A stretch of 64,000 nt of DNA, from NCBI GenBank assembly GCA_039810425.1, contig JBDHWW010000005.1, forward strand, positions 1 through 64,000. The letters run 5' to 3'. The translations under genes and the position numbers were made by a program. A model generated the notes under the pieces. That model saw nothing but the letters and a program-made list of their open reading frames with translations, did no database searches and was not told the origin of the DNA. Below, piece by piece: positions 46,447-55,745 of the stretch (position 1 is the first letter of the stretch; every line of letters starts with the position of its first letter). Source of the stretch: Pseudobdellovibrionaceae bacterium (GTDB taxonomy: Bacteria > Bdellovibrionota > Bdellovibrionia > Bdellovibrionales > Bdellovibrionaceae).

Positions 46447-47766
46447 TTGAGTAAATCCAAACGCAGAAAAATTGTCGTTGATACCAATGTCATTCTTTTC
46501 GATGCTCAGGCCATTCTTCGCTTCGGCGAAGCAGATGTCCACATTCCTATTTCCGTCATTGAAGAAGTTGATAAGTTCAAACGCGATCAAGGTGAAAACG
46601 GTCGTAACGCCCGCCAGTTTAGCCGCTTCGTGGATGTCCTCAGGGCAAAAGGTTCTTTGGCTCAAGGGGTTCAGCTCGACAACAGCGAAACGGTCGTTTA
46701 CATCAGCACGGACTTGATGCTCGGTGGGATGCCCCCGGAGTTTGATCAGGCCAAAGCGGATAACAGAATTTTGAACACGGCCCTTGCTTTGCAAAAACAA
46801 CATCCCCGCACGAAAGTGGAATTGATCACGAAAGACATCAATCTGCGTATCAAGGCGGACGTCTATGGCATTTTCGCCAAAGACTATGAGCCAACCGATG
46901 TTTCCCAAGAGGACATGTACGAAGGCTATCTCGAACTCGAGATTTCTCCGGAGCGCATCGATGCTTTCTACAAAGATAAAAAGTATGTTCCAGACGGGGT
47001 GAAGCTTTATGCGAATCAATACGTGATCATGAAAGACGCATCGAACCCGAATCACTCGGCGATCGGCCGTTACTCGCAAGCGGACCAGGCGATCATTCCT
47101 TTGATCAATCCGTCTGATAGCATTTGGGGCGTTCACGCACGCAACGTCGAGCAGGCGTTTGCTCTCGATAGTTTGCTGAATGATGACATTCTGTTTGTTT
47201 CACTGGTGGGTAAGGCGGGAACAGGGAAGACCCTGATGGCGTTAGCCGCGGGTTTGTTTAAAACCCTGGATGAAGGCCGTTTTCAAAGGCTTCTGGTGTC
47301 GCGCCCGATCTTTCCGATGGGTAAAGACATTGGTTACTTGCCGGGGGACATTGAACAGAAACTCAACCCTTGGATGCAGCCGATTTTTGATAACGTCGAA
47401 TTTTTGATGGGAGCGGATAAAAAGGCTTCTGGCCGGGCGCAAGAGCTGATCAATCAAGGTATGCTGAACATCGAACCGTTGACATACATTCGTGGCCGAA
47501 GTATTCCTAAACAATATTTAATTGTGGATGAGGCGCAAAACTTAACTCCGCACGAGATCAAAACCATCGTGACCCGTGCGGGACGTGGAACCAAAGTGAT
47601 TCTGACTGGAGACGTTTACCAGATCGACAATCCGTACGTTGACTCGGCGAATAGCGGCCTGACTTACGCAGTAGAGCGTTTCAAAGGCCACCCCATTGCC
47701 GGACACGTGACCCTCACTAAAGGTGAGCGTTCCGAGCTTGCAGAGCTGGCGGCAAATATTCTGTAA
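46447..47766 (+). CDS. PIN-PhoH (PhoH2/YlaK-like) protein
   Basis: VVDTNV PIN start, GKAGTGKT, IRGRS, DEAQN, GERSELA. Confidence 0.92.
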   Translation: MSKSKRRKIVVDTNVILFDAQAILRFGEADVHIPISVIEEVDKFKRDQGENGRNARQFSRFVDVLRAKGSLAQGVQLDNSETVVYISTDLMLGGMPPEFDQAKADNRILNTALALQKQHPRTKVELITKDINLRIKADVYGIFAKDYEPTDVSQEDMYEGYLELEISPERIDAFYKDKKYVPDGVKLYANQYVIMKDASNPNHSAIGRYSQADQAIIPLINPSDSIWGVHARNVEQAFALDSLLNDDILFVSLVGKAGTGKTLMALAAGLFKTLDEGRFQRLLVSRPIFPMGKDIGYLPGDIEQKLNPWMQPIFDNVEFLMGADKKASGRAQELINQGMLNIEPLTYIRGRSIPKQYLIVDEAQNLTPHEIKTIVTRAGRGTKVILTGDVYQIDNPYVDSANSGLTYAVERFKGHPIAGHVTLTKGERSELAELAANIL

Positions 47767-47891
47767 TTGAGAGCAATAGCATCAAGAAAAGTCAAAAATG
47801 TGTTCTTTTTGCAACAGGCAAAGACTTGCCTGTTGCATCTTCTTAGCTTTCTATAAGAGCCTGTCAAAAAAATGAGAAAGGCTCGTTCAGC

Positions 47892-48311
47892 ATGGTTACC
47901 AATAATAACAACGGTAGAGATAAAGAAGTTGGATTTAAGGCGAATGTGGAAGTGAAAGTGACCGACCAAATGGTTCGTCAGTTTGCTGAAATGTCTGGCG
48001 ACTTCAATCCTATTCATCTCGATGACAACTATGCAAAGACCACGCGATTTGGTCGCCGTATCGCCCATGGCATGATCGTGGGGGCATTGATCTCTCGCGC
48101 CTTGAACGAAAAAATTGGACAGGGTGGAGTTTATCTCGGACAAAACTTAAAATTTGTGAATCCTGTTTTCATTGATGACGTAGTAAACATAGAATTGACT
48201 ATCACCGGTCTTCGCAAGGAAAAGGGAATTGCGACTGTCGATACCACTGCGAAAAAGCAAACTGGTGAGACGGTGGTTAAAGGCGAAGCCATCATTATGA
48301 TGTCTCAATAA
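47892..48311 (+). CDS. MaoC-family (R)-hydratase/dehydratase
   Basis: FAEMSGDFNPIHLD, RIAHGM, FVNPVFIDD. Confidence 0.92.
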   Translation: MVTNNNNGRDKEVGFKANVEVKVTDQMVRQFAEMSGDFNPIHLDDNYAKTTRFGRRIAHGMIVGALISRALNEKIGQGGVYLGQNLKFVNPVFIDDVVNIELTITGLRKEKGIATVDTTAKKQTGETVVKGEAIIMMSQ

Positions 48312-48394
48312 AAACTCAAGTATTTGTGCTTTCGATTAAATAATCAAAATTAAGTTTGCACGATGAACTTTGGTTCATATATATTTTTTTGAAC

Positions 48395-49066
48395 ATGAGT
48401 TTACCGACGCTACTTTTGATAGACGACGATCGCGAGTTTCTCAAGGCGCAAACTGCTGCTTTTGGCTCGGGCTATGATGTGGTGTCTGTCGACGGCGTAA
48501 ACTCTGCCCTGCAAATTCTCAAGATAAAAGAATTCGATTGTGTGCTGGTTGATTACTTTTTGAGTGATGGCAACGGGCACGATGTTGCAAGTTGGATTGC
48601 GGGCAACATGCCTTGGTGCCCTGTCATTCTGGTCAGCGCGCGCCTCGATAAAAAAATTGCTGTCGATTCGTTTTCCCATCGAGTTTTTGATGTTCTTGAA
48701 AAACCTTATTCTCTTGAAACCGTGTTGGTTAAAGTGCACGCGGCCTTGCTTGAGGCCAAGGAAAAGAAAGAAGTTATCACTCGTAAGTCGAGCCATACTT
48801 GGTCCCTGGACCGCGAAAGAAGAGCCTTCCGCTGCGGTTCTGAAGTGATCATGTTGACTTCGACTGAAGTTAAAATTTTAGATGTCCTCATTCTGGCCAC
48901 AAACCAAGTCGTGTCTCGCGACAAACTGGTGCGGGCTATTTGGGGCTCCATGAACGTCGCCGATAATACTCTGGATACTCATCTGACAAATCTCCGCAAG
49001 AAAGCTCCCTTTTTTAAGACCATGATCAAAGGCATTCGTGGTGTTGGCTATATTTTCGAGCCATAG
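48395..49066 (+). CDS. OmpR-family response regulator
   Basis: LIDDD, VLVDY, EKPY receiver domain; LTSTE...LDTHLTNLRKK...IRGVGY winged helix; ATG 48395. Confidence 0.88.
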   Translation: MSLPTLLLIDDDREFLKAQTAAFGSGYDVVSVDGVNSALQILKIKEFDCVLVDYFLSDGNGHDVASWIAGNMPWCPVILVSARLDKKIAVDSFSHRVFDVLEKPYSLETVLVKVHAALLEAKEKKEVITRKSSHTWSLDRERRAFRCGSEVIMLTSTEVKILDVLILATNQVVSRDKLVRAIWGSMNVADNTLDTHLTNLRKKAPFFKTMIKGIRGVGYIFEP

Positions 49067-49074
49067 GAGCAGCT

Positions 49075-50274
49075 TTGGAAAAATATAAAAAAGCCAGTAT
49101 TGTGGGTCTTTGCCTTTATTTTGTTATTTCCACTCTTATCACATTTCAAGAGTACCCTGCCGTGCTCGAGGGGCGGGAGCTTTATCTCGGCACGAAGATC
49201 ATTTTGCAAATCTGGTTGTTGGGTATTTGTATTTGGTACCCGATGAATCCATATGGTCTCGGGCCGAATATCATGGTGGGCATTCATGTCATCGTTTCAA
49301 ACATCCATGGGCAGTTCTTCTCGCCGTGGTATGTGTTTTCATATGTTGAAATGATTCTGGCATATTCATTTCTGTTTCCGGTGCCGCGAAAGCCCTTTAA
49401 CATTTTGTTGGTTGTGGGAACCGCGGCGTTCTTGGTTATTTCAATCTATCGTTATGATGAAGTCCATCGGTGGATGTACGAATCCCAGCCGATGGACCTG
49501 GTGACCACAACTGTTTCCGCAGCCATAGTTGCGTGGGTGTGCCATAACTTTTTCACCGCGGACCGGACCTATCGTGAAGAGCTCGTTCGTAAATTCGGTA
49601 TTATCGGTGTGCAGGCAGCAACGATCGTCCACGACATTAAAAGTATGCTCTCGGCGCCGCGTCTCTATACGGACCTTTTAAAGCAAAAAATCCCGCAGAG
49701 CGATCCGGAGCTCAGCTCCTTGGTGGATAGTCTTGAAAAGCAACTTATGAATATCAATCGGGCAGTGACGGGGCTTAACCAAGTGGTGGCGTTACAGGAT
49801 CAAAAGAAAGAAGAGTTCTCTATCCGTGATGTTGTCATCGAAGTCGGAGAAACGCTGAGCTTGCAGTCGCGCAATATAGAGCTGCAAACACGCGACGATC
49901 TCCGCATGATCACCGAGAAGGCTTTGGTAAAATCCATTTTGTTCAACATTATGATGAACTCCATCCACGCCTTCCGCCGGAATAAAATCTCGCATCCATT
50001 GATTCGCGTGGTCTGTGATGGCGATGCCTTTGTGATCTCCGATAATGCCGGCGGCTTCCCGGAAGAAATTTTGCGATCGATTGCAGACTATCGTTTTGAT
50101 GCCTTTGATGGGACCGGTATGGGGCTCTTCCTGGTGTGGAATGGAGTGCAGACCCTCGGCGGCCGTGTCTACTTTGCTAATGGGATTGATGGCGCTCAAA
50201 TTCGGATTTCCGTGCCGCTAAGGACCCAAGCGCAGGGTCGCAAAACCCTTGGTTATTTTCTGCGGCCCTCTTAG
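49075..50274 (+). CDS. Membrane sensor histidine kinase
   Basis: About 5 TM helices; H-box IVHDIKSML, N-box NIMMNSIHA, DNAGG, GTGMGL. Confidence 0.88.
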   Translation: MEKYKKASIVGLCLYFVISTLITFQEYPAVLEGRELYLGTKIILQIWLLGICIWYPMNPYGLGPNIMVGIHVIVSNIHGQFFSPWYVFSYVEMILAYSFLFPVPRKPFNILLVVGTAAFLVISIYRYDEVHRWMYESQPMDLVTTTVSAAIVAWVCHNFFTADRTYREELVRKFGIIGVQAATIVHDIKSMLSAPRLYTDLLKQKIPQSDPELSSLVDSLEKQLMNINRAVTGLNQVVALQDQKKEEFSIRDVVIEVGETLSLQSRNIELQTRDDLRMITEKALVKSILFNIMMNSIHAFRRNKISHPLIRVVCDGDAFVISDNAGGFPEEILRSIADYRFDAFDGTGMGLFLVWNGVQTLGGRVYFANGIDGAQIRISVPLRTQAQGRKTLGYFLRPS

Positions 50275-50566
50275 GGCGACGGGTTGGGTTGCTTCGGTTC
50301 TAATCGGTCGATGGTGGGTATTTGACCCCTTTAAATGTTGATAGCAAGAGTCTTGTTCTCGGTAAAACGCTTACACGCCCAGTTGACGGGCACGGCGAGG
50401 ACCATCCGTCTGTGAGAATGGGGTCTTTTGGCCATCGTAGCCAGCTCTTATCAACATTTAGCGGGACTAGTTTTTGAAATTCAGCCAATGACGCAAAAGC
50501 AAAAAGCGCTTTTGATTGCCTTCATCAAAGGCCCGACTAAAGTTGAGTGCTAGGGGGGGATTACCT

Positions 50567-51904
50567 ATGAAACTAGCAACTATGGGGCTTTTGGGGGCTT
50601 TGGCGTTTGCCACAGTTCAAGCTTCCGCAGCCGATATGCCTTATGCAGACAAAGATTTTGCCTGCATCACTCAACAACAAGCGAAGAAATATGCAAGCGA
50701 CTTTCAAGTCGACGTGGATTCCTTTGGCGGCCTGGAGCTTTGCAATAGCAACGTGGATTCCAAGAAGTTGTTCAATGATTTGCAAATCATTGAACAAGGT
50801 CAGTTCGCGGCCGGGACTTCGAATTTATTGATCAAAGGTTACGTTCCAGCGGATCAGTACTACGGTTGGATGAAATCACAAACGCGCGGTATGAATCGTG
50901 GTAATGACGTGCCTTATGCAACAGCCTACAACCGCTGGGGTTATTTCACGATGCAGGATGGTTGGGCGAAATTGTCCGCTTTAGGCCGCGTAGGAACCGT
51001 GATTCACGAAGCACGTCACACCGCGGGCTATCGTCACTATCCTTGCAACCAAGGTCCTTATATGGGGGCAAACCTTGATGGCTGCGATCAGAATTATGCG
51101 CAAGCGGGTTCCCATGCAATTGAAATGGAGTATTACGCACGCGTGAGCGTTGCTGGTCAGAACTTCCATCCCGTCTATAAAGCGATGGCGCGGTTGATGG
51201 CGATGGGCCGCACAAACTTCGTGTTCAACCAGTCTCCAATTAAAAAGCGCGAAGCGGTGATGGCTCTTGAAGACAGCCAAGGTCCGGTGCTTTTCGACGG
51301 GACTAATAAATTTCAACGTGAAGGCACTGACTTTGTTGGCCGGTTGAAACGCACTTCTTTCGGTGCGGCGATCTTCAATGGCGTGCAAGCAGTGGCTCTG
51401 GACTTGTATGAGCTGAACGGTTCTCATCCAAGCATCAACGATGACTACTCTTACTTCAAACTTTTGGGCATGAGTCAAATGGGTTCGCTCAAAGACTTCG
51501 AAGAGTATGACCGTAATCAAAAACGTTACGTGGCTGTCGTGACGGGTTCTAATCAGTTGGCAACTTATAACTTCCCCCGTGGTGCATGGAACAGTCCAAG
51601 CCAGTTGCAAATCATGGTTGATAGAACCGCGACGACTTTGCCAACAGGCGAGCAGGGGTATTTCCTGATTAGCAATGGTGATGTTTACTCCGTGAATGGT
51701 GACAATCAGCAAGTGACGTCCGTTGGTAAAAAATGGGACGCACAAGTTCAGAGTGTTGTCTTGCTTGGGGGAAAGGCCTTGATTCTTAAAAATGACGGCG
51801 TGATCTATCAAAGAAATGCTGACGGCTCAGAATCCGTTTTTGATGGTGGTAAGTACACGCAAATGGTGAATGTGCCTCTTTACGACGCCTTTGAGGTGAA
51901 GTAG
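50567..51904 (+). CDS. Secreted HExxH zinc-metalloprotease-like protein with C-terminal beta-rich domain
   Basis: G7 RBS, signal peptide ending ASA, VIHEARH...H, AIEMEY. Confidence 0.72.
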   Translation: MKLATMGLLGALAFATVQASAADMPYADKDFACITQQQAKKYASDFQVDVDSFGGLELCNSNVDSKKLFNDLQIIEQGQFAAGTSNLLIKGYVPADQYYGWMKSQTRGMNRGNDVPYATAYNRWGYFTMQDGWAKLSALGRVGTVIHEARHTAGYRHYPCNQGPYMGANLDGCDQNYAQAGSHAIEMEYYARVSVAGQNFHPVYKAMARLMAMGRTNFVFNQSPIKKREAVMALEDSQGPVLFDGTNKFQREGTDFVGRLKRTSFGAAIFNGVQAVALDLYELNGSHPSINDDYSYFKLLGMSQMGSLKDFEEYDRNQKRYVAVVTGSNQLATYNFPRGAWNSPSQLQIMVDRTATTLPTGEQGYFLISNGDVYSVNGDNQQVTSVGKKWDAQVQSVVLLGGKALILKNDGVIYQRNADGSESVFDGGKYTQMVNVPLYDAFEVK

Positions 51905-52563
51905 TGAAGAAGCTTCAAGCAGTATTGATTGTAGGATTGTTGATTGCGGTGGGCACTGTCTGGCGCAACCTGCAAGAGATTGAAACGAGCAGCCCTTTGC
52001 TGAACGCGACGAACTCTGCCTCTTCTTCTGCTCCTGGGGCTCTTTCCGCAAGCATAAATCCAACAGCGGTGAAAGCAGCTGATAATTTCGCAGCCCAAGT
52101 TCAAGAGGAAGCGGCTGCGATGTCTCAAATGAACGATCATCCGGAAGAAGTGCAGAAGCGTTTAAAGGCCTTGGCCGACAAGATGAAGGAATCCGACGTT
52201 TCAAGGCTTCAGCAAAATGCTTTGAATCCAAACTTGAATGGCGATCAGAGATTCTTGTCCGTTTACATTTTGGGGGAAAGCACTTTGGCAAAAGCGCAAG
52301 AAAGTCTTGAAGCCATTGCGACAGCATCGATTCCTGAAACACACGAAGGCCGCTTGACCACACAAGAGGAAATTATTCGTGGTCAAGCTGTCGAGTCGAT
52401 CCGTCAAGTGGATACACTTAAGCGTGTGTTGGCTCATTCAGACAACACGTTTATCAATGATCGTGCGCAAAGAAATTTGCTCTATTTGGAGGGCAAGGCG
52501 TCCTCTCCGGAGCAACAAGATCAGGAAGCGCTTACGCGGCTTCTCAAAAAGAATTCTCGCTAG
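51904..52563 (+). CDS. Membrane-anchored helical (HEAT-like) protein
   Basis: Start overlaps the upstream stop; N-terminal TM, Ser/Ala linker, helical repeats. Confidence 0.72.
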   Translation: MKKLQAVLIVGLLIAVGTVWRNLQEIETSSPLLNATNSASSSAPGALSASINPTAVKAADNFAAQVQEEAAAMSQMNDHPEEVQKRLKALADKMKESDVSRLQQNALNPNLNGDQRFLSVYILGESTLAKAQESLEAIATASIPETHEGRLTTQEEIIRGQAVESIRQVDTLKRVLAHSDNTFINDRAQRNLLYLEGKASSPEQQDQEALTRLLKKNSR

Positions 52564-52574
52564 AATCTCCAATA

Positions 52575-53174
52575 TCACGAAACGCTTGAGAAACTGAGAT
52601 TTTTTGTAATCTGTGGGTAGTGACCTTCAAGCCACAAAGAAAGTTGCGACATATAAGGATCGTCAACGTATTCACTGGCAAGCAACATTGAATGACCAAA
52701 CTCTTCAGCGGCGATTGGGTCTAGGCTGCGATCAACAAGATCCGCGACTCTTTCAATAGTATAGAAATCCTCTTGAACACCCCAGGAAAGCCGAGAGTGG
52801 TTGGCAAAGAAATCTTCGCCGACTTTTTTATCGATACTGTTGATATCGGTAACAATGTCCACCAAGCTTTGCATTTCACCCTCAGTTTTTGGGGTTTGGC
52901 CGTAGAAGGCATAAAGTCTCTGCACTGGTAGATCGCGGTGAGAGTAATTAAACCGCGGCAGTTGAGACCGGGATGCGATGGTTTTTGAAAAATCATGCAA
53001 GGCCAAGAAGTTCGCCAAGATCCCACGGTGTAGGCCGGGGAACTGGTGTTGGGCGAGGGTTAGGCCTAGCTTAATAACGCGTTCTCGGTGCAGTTCTATA
53101 TGGTGCTGAAATTCTAAAAATGTTCTCACGGCTGGTTTTGCTCCTACAACAGTACTGACTTTCAAATAAAGCAA
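52575..53174 (-). CDS. Hypothetical HD-domain-like protein
   Basis: H..RV..LG...LALHDFSK...VADLVDR; start uncertain. Confidence 0.55.
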   Translation of the reverse strand: MLYLKVSTVVGAKPAVRTFLEFQHHIELHRERVIKLGLTLAQHQFPGLHRGILANFLALHDFSKTIASRSQLPRFNYSHRDLPVQRLYAFYGQTPKTEGEMQSLVDIVTDINSIDKKVGEDFFANHSRLSWGVQEDFYTIERVADLVDRSLDPIAAEEFGHSMLLASEYVDDPYMSQLSLWLEGHYPQITKNLSFSSVS

Positions 53175-53282
53175 AAGGTCGGCCGCGATGCCTTCCCACG
53201 GACTGCCTCTGTATTTGAGCTGGCATGCCAGATCTGACGAAATTGGTTCCCGGGGGTGTTAACGGCGCCTATTTTAGGCCCC

Positions 53283-53299
53283 TGTCTAAGATTGAGACA
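53283..53299. promoter_or_regulatory. Palindromic site TGTCTAA-GAT-TGAGACA
   Basis: Near-perfect inverted repeat ending about 41 bp upstream of a sigma-54 GG. Confidence 0.55.
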
Positions 53300-53338
53300 G
53301 CGACCATCGACCGTGGAAAGCTAAAAACGATTTGGTTG

Positions 53339-53354
53339 TGGCACCTTCCGTGCA
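53339..53354 (+). promoter_or_regulatory. Sigma-54 promoter
   Basis: TGGCACCTTCCGTGCA (GG-N10-GC), 45 bp upstream of ATG 53399. Confidence 0.6.
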
Positions 53355-53398
53355 TCCATTGATGCCTGACTCATTTTGCGGTCAAAGGAGTTCTATCT

Positions 53399-55669
53399 AT
53401 GAAGGGTTCCCAATTTGTAGTACGTGGTAGTCGCCTGGGTATGGCCATGCTTATGTCGTTGAGTTTACAGATCAAGCCGGCCATTGCCGCAACTTCTTCG
53501 GATCCGAGCGATGCCGGGATTATTCCTATTGAAACATCAAACGTTAACAAAAGTTTGATTGATGAGCTTTTCGGCCCTGAAGATTCTTCAGGCAATAACA
53601 ACAATAATCAGAATCGCAATAACAATCAGAACCGGAATAACAACAACAATCAGAATCGCAATAACAATCAGAACCGAAACAACAACAACAACAACAATCA
53701 AAACCGAAACAACAACAACAATAATAATAACAATAACAATAGGAATCGTAACGATAATAGGGACAGTTTTCAGATTGTTTCTAAATCTAAAATCAGCGAC
53801 GATTTCCAGTGTAATTTGTTCGAGAGTGTTCCTTATAATGATATCTTGAGCGCTGTGAATGCTTTGAACTCGGCGGTCAGTTCACCTGCTTGTGCGGGCA
53901 GTTCTAACGTGGATACCCAAGGTATTGTTAATAATAATAAAGCGGTTGCCGATGCGGTGAAAGATCTCCGCGGTTATGTTGAGAACCCGGAAACAATCCA
54001 GCCTGAAACGGCGGCGGATATCGCAAACCGCGTTGATATCGCGATTCGTGCGACGAACTCCATCGCGAACTCATTTGCGCAAACGGATTTACTCAAAAAG
54101 TCATGCCGCGAGAGCATGAGTGCCGGTCAGATCGCGACTTCTATTAATGATGTCATCAACGGTTTGACTCCTTACGCTTTGATGGCGGCAACTCTTATGA
54201 CGGGTGGTGCGGCCGCTGTTCCATTTATTGTGGGTGGCAGCGTAATCACCGGCGCTATCAGCAGCATGACTAAGATCATCGAAGAAGACTCTGTGAAGAT
54301 CTATCAGGCGGATGTGCGTCGTGCGATCGTTGAGAATACGTGTCAATTCATTCGTTTGGATCAGAAATATAAGTTCTTAATTAAGTCACGTCAGGAGCAG
54401 ATATCTAAGATCACGACCGATTTGACTGCTTCACAAAGACTCTTTAGTGCAAAGCTTGGGAGCCTCTCCGGCGGATCGAATGACTTGGTAAACCGTAAGA
54501 ATGCGATTGATGCGACAGCGACCGAAATTAACTCAGTTCTTTCAGCGGCCCGTAGCCAGCTTGAGATGACCAAGCAGTTTGTGACGAGCACAACGGATCC
54601 ATTGAAGATCTGCTCTATGGGTGTTCAGTTGGCGTTGATGACGAAGGATAAAAATTCTTACGTGGCACAGTACATGTCGAGCTTAGATCAGGCAATGTTG
54701 GCTTACGGCTCTTCAAGCGTCCCACAAGCTCAAGCTTTGAAAACAAGCTCGATGATGGCGAAGAAGAGCCTTGAGCAAGTGGCGGCGAACCAATTCTCGG
54801 GTAAAGTGAATTTCAATACATGTGCACAAACTTCGAAGTCATTCCTTGAGACGATCGAGCAGTCGGGCACAACAGCGCAGCAACTCGTGAAACTCGCTCA
54901 AGACGGCGTGGAGAAGTCTTTGGCGTCAAACAAAGAATACGGTCTGTATAAAGCTCGTTTATCTTCTTTGAATCAAAAGCAATTCCAAGCGGACCGTGTC
55001 ACGAAGTCTTTGGATAAGCTCCAAGCCTATGCGAACGTGATCACTCAGTCGGAAATCGACTCTGAGGTGGGCAAAGTTCGCCGTGGTCTTTTCCAAGGTT
55101 CTTCATCTCCGGTGTTACAGTGGTTTGGGTATGTGAACGGCTTGCACAGAGCGGAAGTAAATCGCTTCAGCGATGGTTTGAAGTCCCTCCAGAATCGCGC
55201 CTTTAAGATGACGAAGTCTGGCCAGACGACTCCAACAATCGCTCCGGGCCCATATCAAACGAACGCGTCTCAATACAAAGTAGATACCGAGGTTGCGAGA
55301 AACTTGGTCAACTTTAATTTGAAGACCTTGCCCCTCGGCACGAGAGAACACGACAACGTTTGCCGCGAGCTTTCGGATGTTTGGAATCACTGGACGGCCG
55401 CGATCGATCATTTGGCGGCGTCAGACGCCTTCTGCAATATGATCGAGCCCTATGTTTACGACAACCGCTCTGAAGATGCGCCACTTGTAAAAATGTGCCG
55501 TGGCTATTCGAAGGAGGCTGTCGCTGTCGTGGCTTACAACAAAGACATCCCTTCAACAATCGCGTCGATTAAAAACGACTTGGTGAAGAACTATACCCGC
55601 GACTGGGCTCTGAGAGTCAAACAACGCTTGACCGAATTGACATGCATCGATTTGGCAGAAGAAGAATAA
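53399..55669 (+). CDS. Large exported helical Cys-containing protein with an Asn-rich insert
   Basis: AAGGAG RBS, signal-like N-terminus, poly-Asn tract, hydrophobic Gly/Ala segment LMAATLMTGGAAAVPFIVGGSVI. Confidence 0.82.
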   Translation: MKGSQFVVRGSRLGMAMLMSLSLQIKPAIAATSSDPSDAGIIPIETSNVNKSLIDELFGPEDSSGNNNNNQNRNNNQNRNNNNNQNRNNNQNRNNNNNNNQNRNNNNNNNNNNNRNRNDNRDSFQIVSKSKISDDFQCNLFESVPYNDILSAVNALNSAVSSPACAGSSNVDTQGIVNNNKAVADAVKDLRGYVENPETIQPETAADIANRVDIAIRATNSIANSFAQTDLLKKSCRESMSAGQIATSINDVINGLTPYALMAATLMTGGAAAVPFIVGGSVITGAISSMTKIIEEDSVKIYQADVRRAIVENTCQFIRLDQKYKFLIKSRQEQISKITTDLTASQRLFSAKLGSLSGGSNDLVNRKNAIDATATEINSVLSAARSQLEMTKQFVTSTTDPLKICSMGVQLALMTKDKNSYVAQYMSSLDQAMLAYGSSSVPQAQALKTSSMMAKKSLEQVAANQFSGKVNFNTCAQTSKSFLETIEQSGTTAQQLVKLAQDGVEKSLASNKEYGLYKARLSSLNQKQFQADRVTKSLDKLQAYANVITQSEIDSEVGKVRRGLFQGSSSPVLQWFGYVNGLHRAEVNRFSDGLKSLQNRAFKMTKSGQTTPTIAPGPYQTNASQYKVDTEVARNLVNFNLKTLPLGTREHDNVCRELSDVWNHWTAAIDHLAASDAFCNMIEPYVYDNRSEDAPLVKMCRGYSKEAVAVVAYNKDIPSTIASIKNDLVKNYTRDWALRVKQRLTELTCIDLAEEE
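53594..53761 (+). repeat. In-frame AAC/AAT low-complexity repeat (NnQNR units)
   Basis: Two near-identical 42-bp units (53597-53638, 53639-53680) plus AAC/AAT runs. Confidence 0.9.
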
Positions 55670-55745
55670 ACGCTGGCCCCTTCAAATGTTGATAAGGAAG
55701 AGCTGGTCCCGCCAGCCTTCCAGCCAGTTTTTATCTCTTAAACTG

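Noticed and set aside
46447..47766. PIN-PhoH as a toxin-antitoxin system
   Set aside because: No small antitoxin gene upstream; PIN-PhoH fusions are widespread
50275..50550. Long intergenic region with short hairpins
   Set aside because: No recognisable RNA motif, terminator or credible ORF
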